Below, piece by piece: positions 1 to 8,087 of a stretch of DNA of 23,966 nt. Source of the stretch: Archangium sp. GTDB taxonomy: Bacteria; Myxococcota; Myxococcia; Myxococcales; Myxococcaceae. The notes under the pieces were generated by a model that ran no database searches, was not told where the DNA came from, and worked only from the letters and a program-made list of their open reading frames with translations. Position 1 is the first letter of the stretch; each line of letters begins with the position of its first letter. Both the position numbers and the translations under genes were made by a program. The stretch covers positions 1 to 23,966 of the forward strand of contig JANLPS010000024.1 of assembly GCA_031367385.1 (NCBI GenBank). Reading direction: 5' to 3'.

Positions 1-759
1 CTTCTTGCCGACGCCGCTCTCGCAGTACCTCCAAAGCGCATCGGGCACCTCGATGCCCCCATAGCGGCATTGCCAGACCAGACAACGATAGGCGTCGCGC
101 ATGTTCTTGAATGGCTCGTCGGCGGGCTCGAAGTAGGAGCGATGCCGAAGAATTTTCGGGCGGCCAGAGTCGTCCAGCTCGTCTCCTCCACTGTCGCCGT
201 AACTGAAGAACGCGGCTGACCTTCCTTCGAGGTGGTTCTGACTCATCGCCTCCCACTGCGGCGAATGCTCAAGCGCGATCGCCAGGTCGGGGTCCTTGTG
301 GGCGATCGTCGCCTCATTCGGGTTGCCGCCGTTCATGCACACCAGTCGGTCGAACATTGCCTTCAGGTTGCTGGTCGGGCCGTACCAGTTGACTGGCCCT
401 ATGATCGCCCATGCATCGGCCAAATCGAGCCGAGCGTACAGATCCAGGTTCCACATCAGGTCGGGTATGCTGGAGTTCTGTTTCGAATAGCAGTTACAAG
501 GCCACACACAGAGCGCCATCGAAGTCGAGACGCACGCGTTACACGTGCCGATCTGCTCACGGCCCCAGACGTTTCCAATGTCCTCGACGTCCACCTCCCA
601 CTCCTTGGGCAAGCGATCAGCCATTCTGAACATCAGCGAGCGCGCCTTCGAGTCGATGGTCGGGCAGCTGAACTGACGTCGCGCCGAGCCTGCGATCAGG
701 AGCACCCGAAAAGGCCTCTTGGAGGTCGGAAGTTGTCCGTTCGCGTCGTTGGGCTTCAT
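1..759 (-). CDS. Flavodoxin-fold NAD(P)H-dependent FMN reductase / iron-sulfur flavoprotein-like protein (3' end runs off the window)
   Basis: Absent from the ORF track because no stop falls in the window. Manual translation from ATG 759: MKPNDANGQLPTSKRPFRVLLIAGSARRQFSCP...CNACVSTSMALCVWPCNCY...LADAWAIIGPVNWYGPTSNLKAMFDRL...HLEGRSAAFFSYGD...GVGKK. It has the GSxR FMN-binding loop, the PVxWY-x4-LK-x2-DRL motif and a Cys cluster. Its ATG overlaps the upstream TGA (ATGA, 756-759). Confidence 0.85.
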   Translation of the reverse strand, partial: MKPNDANGQLPTSKRPFRVLLIAGSARRQFSCPTIDSKARSLMFRMADRLPKEWEVDVEDIGNVWGREQIGTCNACVSTSMALCVWPCNCYSKQNSSIPDLMWNLDLYARLDLADAWAIIGPVNWYGPTSNLKAMFDRLVCMNGGNPNEATIAHKDPDLAIALEHSPQWEAMSQNHLEGRSAAFFSYGDSGGDELDDSGRPKILRHRSYFEPADEPFKNMRDAYRCLVWQCRYGGIEVPDALWRYCESGVGKK

Positions 760-1289
760 GCGGCCCGGCGAAAGAATCGGGCATTGACCCACGGAAAGAC
801 CAAGAAGCTCAGCCCGAAAATGAGGTGTGAGGTCCAGTCCCAGAAGCGAGGGACGTTCTCCGCCCAGATGTTGTGCCCGAAGCGCGCGTTCATCACTGCC
901 GGCACCAGCAAGCCCACGTCGAGTATTTCGCTGACGATGCCTACGCCAAGGGCGAGCGCGACCCAAGCTGCTCCTCGCGGTTGGAGCTGATGAACGAGAA
1001 GGCCAAACACGATGCCCCAAATCAGCGACGCGCCGGCCTGGTGAAGCACCAGCCCGGTCAGAAACGCGGGCAGTTGAAAACCAACCAGCGCAGCGTCGCC
1101 AAAGACGAACGAGCCGATCACCTGAACCGGGTAGTAGACGGGCTTGCCGAGGAACAGCGCAAATACCGCGACCATCGCCATTGCCATGACAAGGCCAGCA
1201 ATTTGGCCCGAGACGGCACCAGACAGGAGGTCGTTACGCAGTGAGCGACGGTCAGGAGCCATGATCAGAGGCGGACTTGCGGTTTGCAT
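756..1289 (-). CDS. Integral membrane protein with about 4 TM helices, function unknown
   Basis: Four hydrophobic segments (GQIAGLVMAMAMVAVFALF, LTGLVLHQAGASLIWGIVFGLL, WVALALGVGIVSEIL, SHLIFGLSFLVF). Start is uncertain (1316, 1289 or 1263 region). Translationally coupled to the flavodoxin-like gene. Confidence 0.75.
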   Translation of the reverse strand: MQTASPPLIMAPDRRSLRNDLLSGAVSGQIAGLVMAMAMVAVFALFLGKPVYYPVQVIGSFVFGDAALVGFQLPAFLTGLVLHQAGASLIWGIVFGLLVHQLQPRGAAWVALALGVGIVSEILDVGLLVPAVMNARFGHNIWAENVPRFWDWTSHLIFGLSFLVFPWVNARFFRRAA

Positions 1290-1407
1290 GTTCGACAAGC
1301 GCTGCATCTCTCGCACCGCCCAGGAGCCGCAAATGCCGAGAGTTAGGGCGTGGCTGACTGAGGCGGTTTTGAGTCAGACCCACCGAACCCTCCGCATTGC
1401 CTCGCGC

Positions 1408-1438
1408 CGGCAGCGGCAGAACCGTCTCGCCGCTGCTG
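1408..1438. other. GC-rich intergenic stem-loop
   Basis: gcagcggc (1410-1417) pairs with gccgctgc (1429-1436) downstream of the nucleotidase stop. There is no U-tract, so a terminator role is not established. Confidence 0.3.
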
Positions 1439-1544
1439 AGCCACTGCGCCTCTGGCAGGGCGATAAATCGACCCGATGCGGTATTTCGCGAGCTGGTTCA
1501 ACGGCTTCGCCACTGGCGGCCCAGGTGAGACCTGCCCGTGCCCG

Positions 1545-3359
1545 CTACGGGGCCGCGAGGTGCCCGTCGACCTTGCTGGCGGCGCTGCATTCTGAGCCAT
1601 CGGTCAAGAACGCGACCCGGCCCATCTTCGGAGCGATGAAGGCCGGCCGTTGTTCTTGCCACCAGGTGACGAGCTCATCGCGCAAGTTCGACCCGCGCTG
1701 CTCGCCCAGGTCGACCTGCCGAGGCTCGATGGTCGCCAGCACCGGCGCCAGCCCATCGCCTCCGCGGGCCAGAAAATCAGGCATCACCACCCGGTAATGC
1801 GAATTGGCCTCGATGGCTTTGCCGTTGAGCGTGGCCTCGCGCAGCCGATTCACCAGGGGGCAGCGCGCCAACTTCACCTCGAGCCCCGAGATTTGAAAGA
1901 CGCCTTTCTTCGAGCCATACGCCGCGTTGAGCAGCCGCTGCAGCTGCTCGCCGGTCAAGTCGAGCGTGGCCACCGCGTTGTCGAACGGCATCACCTCGTA
2001 GACCGCGCCGTACTTCAGCGGCCCCTTCTTCAGGTCAGCGCGCAAGCCGCCCGGGTTGAGCATCGCCACGTCGGCTTTGCACATCGAGCGCAGCGAATCG
2101 GCCAGAAAGTCGCCCAGCGCGCTCTCGTTTTCGTAGCTGCGGCCCATGGTCTCGGGCAGCGCAAAGCCCAGATCGCGGTTCTGCAGCTCGGCCACTTGGC
2201 GTGAGGCGGGCTCGAGAGCGGCAGCGACGATTGGGTCGGCGGTGATCACCTTGCCGTGAAACGTCGCGGGCACTGGCTTGACCGAGTCTGCGTTGGCCTT
2301 GAGCTTCTTGACCTCGCAGGTCTGGGTGAGCTCATCGACCGTCTCGCAGATCTCGATGCCGGAGTGGATCTCGGTCTTGTCGGTCAGCACCCTCTTGGTG
2401 TGCGGGTCGATCTGCAGGTCGATGACTCCGAAGAAGCGGCCGAGGGCCCAACTCTCGATCACCGGAGTGCCGTTGATGACGTGCGAAATCTGCGCGTGGG
2501 TGTGGCCCGCCACCACCGCGTCGAGCGTGCCGGGAGGAATGTTGCGCATCATCTCGAACACTTCGCCCGACTCGGTGTCGCAGCTCGAGGTATCGGTGTG
2601 GTGGTCGTTGTCGATGCACTTGCCCCCGGCGTGCACCGCGGCGATCACCAGGTCGGCGCCATGCGCGCGCAGGCGCTTGGCCGCGGTGATGGCCTCAGCG
2701 GTCAGCTCTCTGAACTTGAGGCTGGCGACGTTGATCGGCAGCGTGGTCGTCGGCGTCTGCGGCGTGGTCATGCCGATGATGCCGATCTTCACGCCCTTGC
2801 GTTCGATGATGGTGGTGCCGTCACCAGGCAACCAGGCTGGCCGCAGCCCCGACGACGCCTCGTAGATGTTCGTCGACAGGAGCGGAAACTTCGCCTGGGC
2901 AATGCGCGCGCGAAGGGCACCGAACGCATCCATACCGATCTGCACGGCAGACACCGCGCCCACCGGGCCGTAGTCGAACTCGTGGTTGCCGATCGCCGCG
3001 GCGTCGTAGCCGAGCAGGTTGAACGCGTCGATGACCACCGCGCCCTCGGTCACGTTCGACATCAGCGTGCCTTGAAAGAGATCTCCGCCATCGACCAGCA
3101 CCACGCCGCCGGGGTTCTCGTCGCGCAAAATTTTCAGGTACGCCGCGAACGGCGCCACGCCGCCAAAGCGAATTTCGCCCTGCGCGAATCGCTCGCGCTG
3201 CGTCATCACCCAGCCGTGAACGTCATTGGTACCGACCAGCGTCAGGTGCAGGGTCGTGGGCTTCGCGGGAGCGACCACTTCGCCAGGCGTCTTGCACGTC
3301 AGCAGCGACAGCGCACACACGAGACTACAGCGGGAGAGCAAAAACACGGTACGTCGCAT
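1545..3359 (-). CDS. Bifunctional metallophosphatase / 5'-nucleotidase (UshA/CpdB-like), probable lipoprotein
   Basis: Calcineurin-like motifs TNDVHG, DGGDLFQG, GNHEFDYG, AVH and AGHTH. C-terminal 5'-nucleotidase domain (ESALGDFLAD, NPGGLRA, VMPFDN, FLARGGDG). Signal peptide ends LSLLTC. Confidence 0.95.
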   Translation of the reverse strand: MRRTVFLLSRCSLVCALSLLTCKTPGEVVAPAKPTTLHLTLVGTNDVHGWVMTQRERFAQGEIRFGGVAPFAAYLKILRDENPGGVVLVDGGDLFQGTLMSNVTEGAVVIDAFNLLGYDAAAIGNHEFDYGPVGAVSAVQIGMDAFGALRARIAQAKFPLLSTNIYEASSGLRPAWLPGDGTTIIERKGVKIGIIGMTTPQTPTTTLPINVASLKFRELTAEAITAAKRLRAHGADLVIAAVHAGGKCIDNDHHTDTSSCDTESGEVFEMMRNIPPGTLDAVVAGHTHAQISHVINGTPVIESWALGRFFGVIDLQIDPHTKRVLTDKTEIHSGIEICETVDELTQTCEVKKLKANADSVKPVPATFHGKVITADPIVAAALEPASRQVAELQNRDLGFALPETMGRSYENESALGDFLADSLRSMCKADVAMLNPGGLRADLKKGPLKYGAVYEVMPFDNAVATLDLTGEQLQRLLNAAYGSKKGVFQISGLEVKLARCPLVNRLREATLNGKAIEANSHYRVVMPDFLARGGDGLAPVLATIEPRQVDLGEQRGSNLRDELVTWWQEQRPAFIAPKMGRVAFLTDGSECSAASKVDGHLAAP

Positions 3360-3365
3360 TGAGGG

Positions 3366-4712
3366 CTAGGTTTTGCGACGACGGAACCGGAAGGTCCAGA
3401 GCAGAAGGAGACTTCCTGGGAAAATCGCGTTCGACGCACCGCCGCCACAGCACGTTTTCGGAGTGCCAATTTCGCCCCCGCCGCCCGCTCCGGAGCCGCC
3501 GCCCCCAATGAAACCGCCGCCGCCACCAGTGCCCCCACCAGTGCCCGCGTCGTGAACACAAGGTCGACGCCCCGCGTCAAGAGCGCCACCGTCAGCGCGA
3601 GCGCCGCCATCGCCGAAGCCCGCATCGTCGAACCCACCGTCACCGGTTTCGAAGCAGGGCTGCAGAATCACAACCTCGGTGCCCGCATCGCGACCGGCGT
3701 CATATTCATTGGGCAGCTTGGGGTCGGTCGCCACCGAGAGCGTGTCCCACCGCACCAGCTTGTAGTTCGAGCCGCTGGTGGTGTTGTGATCAGCCACCGC
3801 GAGCACGCCGGGCTCGAAGCCAGGCACCTGCGCTCGGCTGACCTCGAGAAACTGCCCGCCGCGAACGAGCCGGCTGTCGATGCCGATTTGAAATTCGGTG
3901 ATGGGGGTGAGCGCGGTGGTGGTGGCCTGGTAGGCCCGGTACGTGTCGCGCGCGGCGACGGCGACGAGCAGCACCGCGCCTCCATCGAGCTGCGGGTAGA
4001 GCGCCAACCCAGAAGGGGCTCCGCCCAGCGTGCCGGTCGCGGTGCTCTCGAGAAGCGTCGGAGCCGCGGGGCCGTCAATCGTCCACCCATAGATGCCGTC
4101 GTTCGCGACCGAGGCGTAGAGCCGGCGATTTCTCGAGTCGATGACCAGGTTCGTGATGGCCCGCGGCAGGGTGACGCCCGAGTCGAGCTCGAACCAGTCG
4201 AGCTTGCCCGCGTCGAGCGGGTCATCGAAGAACGCGATGCGGCGCAACGTCGTCGTGCCAACGTCGAGCCAGGCCTCGAAGCCGCCGTCGGGCGGCGACC
4301 ACACCGCCAGTGCGCCCACGCCCGGCACGTTCACCGCGCGCGAGCGAACGTCGACCAGCACGCCCGCATCGCTGAGCCCATAAACATACAGGCCAAAGTT
4401 GATGCTCGAGGCCACCAGCAGCGCGCGCGGGGCTGAGCGAAATTTGAGCCCCGAGGTGACGTCGACCCCGCGCATCGGGCCCAGGGTGAGGTACTCCGAG
4501 GTGCCTCCATCGAAGGTGAACGAGAACAGGCCGTTCTGCAGCTGATCAGTGCCGATGATGCGGCTTTGATTCGGGTTCGCCGCGTTGGGAAAAATCGCGA
4601 CATCGCCCACGAACGTCGACGGGATGTAGCCGGTCTGGGCCGCTGGAGGCACCGTCACCGCGAAGGCTGAGGTGGCGAAGAACAGCGCGGCGGTGAGCAC
4701 TCGGTGTGACAC
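3366..4712 (-). CDS. Phytase-like beta-propeller protein with a DAG/Gly-rich linker and MYXO-CTERM-like sorting signal
   Basis: Phytase-like segments (GDVAIF..NP.QSRIIGTD..GL, GVDV, GLALY, GVLAVAD...NYKLVRW). The C-terminus CCGGGASNAIFPGSLLLLWTFRFRRRKT is Cys, then a hydrophobic stretch, then an Arg cluster. GTG 4712 gives a clean signal peptide (MSHRVLTAALFFATSAFA); the ORF track start of 4781 is an alternative. Confidence 0.8.
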   Translation of the reverse strand: MSHRVLTAALFFATSAFAVTVPPAAQTGYIPSTFVGDVAIFPNAANPNQSRIIGTDQLQNGLFSFTFDGGTSEYLTLGPMRGVDVTSGLKFRSAPRALLVASSINFGLYVYGLSDAGVLVDVRSRAVNVPGVGALAVWSPPDGGFEAWLDVGTTTLRRIAFFDDPLDAGKLDWFELDSGVTLPRAITNLVIDSRNRRLYASVANDGIYGWTIDGPAAPTLLESTATGTLGGAPSGLALYPQLDGGAVLLVAVAARDTYRAYQATTTALTPITEFQIGIDSRLVRGGQFLEVSRAQVPGFEPGVLAVADHNTTSGSNYKLVRWDTLSVATDPKLPNEYDAGRDAGTEVVILQPCFETGDGGFDDAGFGDGGARADGGALDAGRRPCVHDAGTGGGTGGGGGFIGGGGSGAGGGGEIGTPKTCCGGGASNAIFPGSLLLLWTFRFRRRKT

Positions 4713-4797
4713 GTGGGCAGCCTCTCGCGAGCGCACAAAAGGCGCAACATCTGACCCTTGCACGACCCGCGACGCCCTCACTTCGGCTCTGCCTTTT

Positions 4798-7575
4798 TTA
4801 GGGGAAGAAGCTCTCGGCTTTGACGATCGCCGCCTGGCCCACGAGCGCGCCTACCTTGCGACCTCCGAAGTCATCGGGCTCGATGTGAATGCCGCCCCAG
4901 ATGCGCGATTGCCCCGCCTGATCAGCGGCGTCGAAATACGTCGCCCACTGCAGCACCACCGGCATGGTCGGCCCCGCCTCGAAGGTGAGCGAAGTGTTCG
5001 CGGCGACTGGCAACTCGCCCAACCCCCCGGGGAAGAAGTCACTGCCGGTGATGTGGCTCATCACCACCGCCGCGGCGCGGCTGAAGGTGCTGTGCCCCGA
5101 CACGAACCCGGGGAAGGCGGGCGTGACGAAATCTCGCTTCTGGTATGGCACCCACTCGACGCCGCGCACCCAGCCGATGCCCGAGGTGCGGTGGGTGTCT
5201 CCGGGCTCGCCGCGCCAGGCGCGAATCACCACCTGGCCGACGGCGTTTTGAAAACCGGCATGCCGGCCGCCGATGGTCGCGCTCTCGGCGGTGACCATTT
5301 CAATCAGCCCGTCGATCAACGGCAACCCCCGCGGGTCGTAGCCGGGCTTGGTGGAGTCGCTCGACTGCCCCCGCGCGGCGCTGGTGCGAATCAAGGTGAT
5401 TGGCCGTGAGCAACTCGAGGCACGTTTGATCTCCCAGGCGGCGATCGCGGCGTCATGCACGGCGCCGTTGAGCGCGAGGTAGGCCCTCACGTCCCAGTCC
5501 AACGGTGAGAGCAGAGGGCCGGTGCCCTGCCACTTGCGAACGAAGCTCGGGTTGGCGAACACCTGGTTGGCGATCACGTTCCAATGCCCCGGAGGCGTCT
5601 CTGACTTCGGCCCGTCGGCCCACACCTCGGCCAGTGCTCGGCCGAAATCACCCAGCGGCACGCGCTGCGACGCATACGGCTGGCCCGTCACCGGGTTGAG
5701 CGCATGCCCAGTGCCCGCATTGCTGCCCAGCGGGTTGTTGCCATACGCGCCCGGTGAGATGTCGATGGTCTGGTCGAACACCTCGAGCTGCGATGATCGG
5801 CGAATGGCCTCGACCACCCAACCCATGTGCTCAGCCGTCAGCTTCGGTGCCGCGCCCGGGTCGACGTACAGCGCTCCGGGGCCAGGCCGGGTCAACGCGA
5901 AGGGCGTCACCAGCCCCCAGTGGGCGCCGACGTATTTCTGAACGCCAGGAGCGACGGGAATGCCGTTCTGCGCCGCGGCGATCGCCAGGTCGAGCGGCTG
6001 CCAGAGGTCGATGTTGTCAGCCGGAGCACCGGGGTTCTCGACTGACAACGGCACCGCCAACGACTTGAACGAAGTCGTGTCGGCGTAATTGTTCTTCTCG
6101 TTCGAGCCATCGTCTTGAGTCGCGTCGATGACCGCCTGGCCGATGCGATTGCCGACCGCGGCCGGAGCGTCACCCGTCACCGACACGTCGTCGGGTGAGT
6201 ACCCGAGCTTGTTCATGAACGCCTTGAAACAGGCCTTCGACACCGCCCCGCCCACCGCGGTGCTGTAGCGGTGGTCAAGCAGACGGTACGCGGCGTAGCT
6301 GATGCTTTGGACCCGCGCCGCTTCGAGCTCGCTGGTCGAAGCAGTCGCCCGGGCGTGCGAAAACACGCCGAGCGCGCTCGCGTCGTAGGTGGCCCACGCG
6401 TCCCACATGGCGGCAGACAGGTGGTACAGGCTGCGCGCGTGCACCGTGGGTCGCGGCAGGTCTCTTCGAATCGCGCCCAGGAGCTGCTCGTCCCACCGGC
6501 GGGCAATCGATTGGGTCGGCGCGGGGTCGATCGCGTCGGCGGGGCAGACCACGTCGGGCGGCAGTGGCTTCTCGGGTTGCACGTAGGCAGCGGTGTTCTT
6601 GGCGGCGAGGCGAATCACGGCTCCGTTGTTCAAGGTGGTGATGACGTTGCCGCCCGCGGCCCACACGTTGCCCGCTGGGTCGAGCCACACCGCGTGAAAC
6701 GATTCGAGGTCGAGCGAGAGCCCGGTCGTCGCCTGGGCCCACCCGGTCTTCGTGCGTTCGAAGAGGGCTCCGTGCTCGCCAGAGGCCCACGCATCGGTCG
6801 CGCTGCCGGTCACGCCCTGCAGCAACCCGACTGAGGTGGGCGAGACGTCTTTCCACGTGCTGCCATCGAGCTCGAGCAGGGCTGCGATGCTGCCGCCGCC
6901 CGAGATGTAGACGCGACCGCCCCCGCCGTTGACGGTGAAGAGGGTGTCATGGCGACCGACGTCGCGGCGCTCCCAGCCGTCGGCGTTCTTGTGCAGCACC
7001 AGGCCCTCGCCACCGACCGCCCACACGTCGCTCGCGCTGGCGCCCCAGATCTTGAAGAGCCCAGGCGTCTCGCCGTTGGTGACCGGCACGTCGGCGGGGA
7101 GCGGTACTTCGCTCCAGGTCGCTCCGTCGAAGTGCCACAAGAAGCCTCTTCGGCCCGAGGTGCCGCTGCCGACAGCCCATACATCGTCAGGCGTCGCGCC
7201 CCACACACCGAACACCGTCTGACGTGCGAGCCCGGGCGTCACGTGGCGCTTCATCGCGCTGCCGTCCCACTCCACGATGGTGCCGCGGGTACCGCCGAAC
7301 AGCGCGTGACCATTCGAAAAGCTGTGTGACCACCAGAGGTTGCCCTTGGTGCCGGTCGCGACGCGGGCCCATGCCGTGCCGTCGAAGTGCAGCGCAAGTG
7401 GGCCGTTGCCGACGTCGGCGCCCACGGCCCAGACGTCGGTCGCCGAAGCACCGGAGATCGACGTCACCGCCTCATCGAGCCCGCTGGCCAGCACCTGCCA
7501 CGTGCGCGGCGGCTGCGGAGGCTCGCAGGCAGCCAAGGCGAGCACCACGATGGCACTGCTGATGAAACGCGTCAT
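4798..7575 (-). CDS. Lipoprotein with an N-terminal beta-propeller fused to a vanadium-dependent haloperoxidase (PAP2 superfamily) domain
   Basis: All three VHPO/PAP2 motifs are present: K-x6-RP (KRASSCSRP), PAFPGFVSGHS and SRIWGGIHIEPD. N-terminal repeats DVWAVG/HFDGxxW. ATG 7575 gives a lipobox (MTRFISSAIVVLALAAC) and avoids overlap with the upstream gene. Confidence 0.9.
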   Translation of the reverse strand: MTRFISSAIVVLALAACEPPQPPRTWQVLASGLDEAVTSISGASATDVWAVGADVGNGPLALHFDGTAWARVATGTKGNLWWSHSFSNGHALFGGTRGTIVEWDGSAMKRHVTPGLARQTVFGVWGATPDDVWAVGSGTSGRRGFLWHFDGATWSEVPLPADVPVTNGETPGLFKIWGASASDVWAVGGEGLVLHKNADGWERRDVGRHDTLFTVNGGGGRVYISGGGSIAALLELDGSTWKDVSPTSVGLLQGVTGSATDAWASGEHGALFERTKTGWAQATTGLSLDLESFHAVWLDPAGNVWAAGGNVITTLNNGAVIRLAAKNTAAYVQPEKPLPPDVVCPADAIDPAPTQSIARRWDEQLLGAIRRDLPRPTVHARSLYHLSAAMWDAWATYDASALGVFSHARATASTSELEAARVQSISYAAYRLLDHRYSTAVGGAVSKACFKAFMNKLGYSPDDVSVTGDAPAAVGNRIGQAVIDATQDDGSNEKNNYADTTSFKSLAVPLSVENPGAPADNIDLWQPLDLAIAAAQNGIPVAPGVQKYVGAHWGLVTPFALTRPGPGALYVDPGAAPKLTAEHMGWVVEAIRRSSQLEVFDQTIDISPGAYGNNPLGSNAGTGHALNPVTGQPYASQRVPLGDFGRALAEVWADGPKSETPPGHWNVIANQVFANPSFVRKWQGTGPLLSPLDWDVRAYLALNGAVHDAAIAAWEIKRASSCSRPITLIRTSAARGQSSDSTKPGYDPRGLPLIDGLIEMVTAESATIGGRHAGFQNAVGQVVIRAWRGEPGDTHRTSGIGWVRGVEWVPYQKRDFVTPAFPGFVSGHSTFSRAAAVVMSHITGSDFFPGGLGELPVAANTSLTFEAGPTMPVVLQWATYFDAADQAGQSRIWGGIHIEPDDFGGRKVGALVGQAAIVKAESFFP

Positions 7576-7580
7576 GGGGC

Positions 7581-8087
7581 TCACCCTTTGCAAATTGATT
7601 CGCAGAAATCGGTGTTGGTCATCGGGCAGTGCAAGCTCGTCTTCGCGGTCTCGCGCGACAGAATGACGCCGACTGAGCTGGTGACGGTGACCTCGAAGAT
7701 CAGCTCTTCTCCGATGATGTTGATGCCCACGGGGGTGGGGCACATGAAGGTCGGTATCGGCTGCGAGGTCACCCACGGCGAGCCCGACACGTCGAGGGTT
7801 CGCGAGCCCCGGCTCACCAACGCCATGTCACGCGATCGCCGCACCGTGTGCTCGAACAGCGCCTTGTCTTCGCGCTCGCCGGTCACCTCGTACATCACCG
7901 GCACGTGAAACCCGCCCTGAGCGCCGGGGTGCAGCTCGACGTCTTTGGGCATCGCGACGAACTTCGGGTCGCTGTCAGAGAGCGCGACGCCGAGCAGCAG
8001 GGTGCCTGCCTCCCACAATGTCACGCCAGGCTTTGGTGGAGGCACACACCCGATGACCAGCAACGACAGCAGCGCGACGGTCTTCAC
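7581..8087 (-). CDS. Hypothetical lipoprotein, 168 aa
   Basis: Lipobox LVIGC after MKTVALLSLL. Contains G-x-QGGFHV and three further Cys. GTG overlaps the DUF2330 stop (GTGA, 8084-8087) and the gene ends 5 bp before the haloperoxidase start. Confidence 0.85.
   Translation of the reverse strand: MKTVALLSLLVIGCVPPPKPGVTLWEAGTLLLGVALSDSDPKFVAMPKDVELHPGAQGGFHVPVMYEVTGEREDKALFEHTVRRSRDMALVSRGSRTLDVSGSPWVTSQPIPTFMCPTPVGINIIGEELIFEVTVTSSVGVILSRETAKTSLHCPMTNTDFCESICKG

Noticed and set aside
232..990. 252-aa plus-strand ORF
   Set aside because: Antisense shadow of the flavodoxin-like and membrane protein genes, with no motifs.
1303..1318. GG-N10-GC (CGGTGCGAGAGATGCA, minus strand) upstream of the membrane protein gene
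   Set aside because: Poor match at the -24 element and likely to occur by chance in GC-rich DNA.
7576..7776. 67-aa N-terminal extension of the haloperoxidase ORF
   Set aside because: It overlaps the upstream lipoprotein gene and would bury the lipoprotein signal. ATG 7575 fits better.
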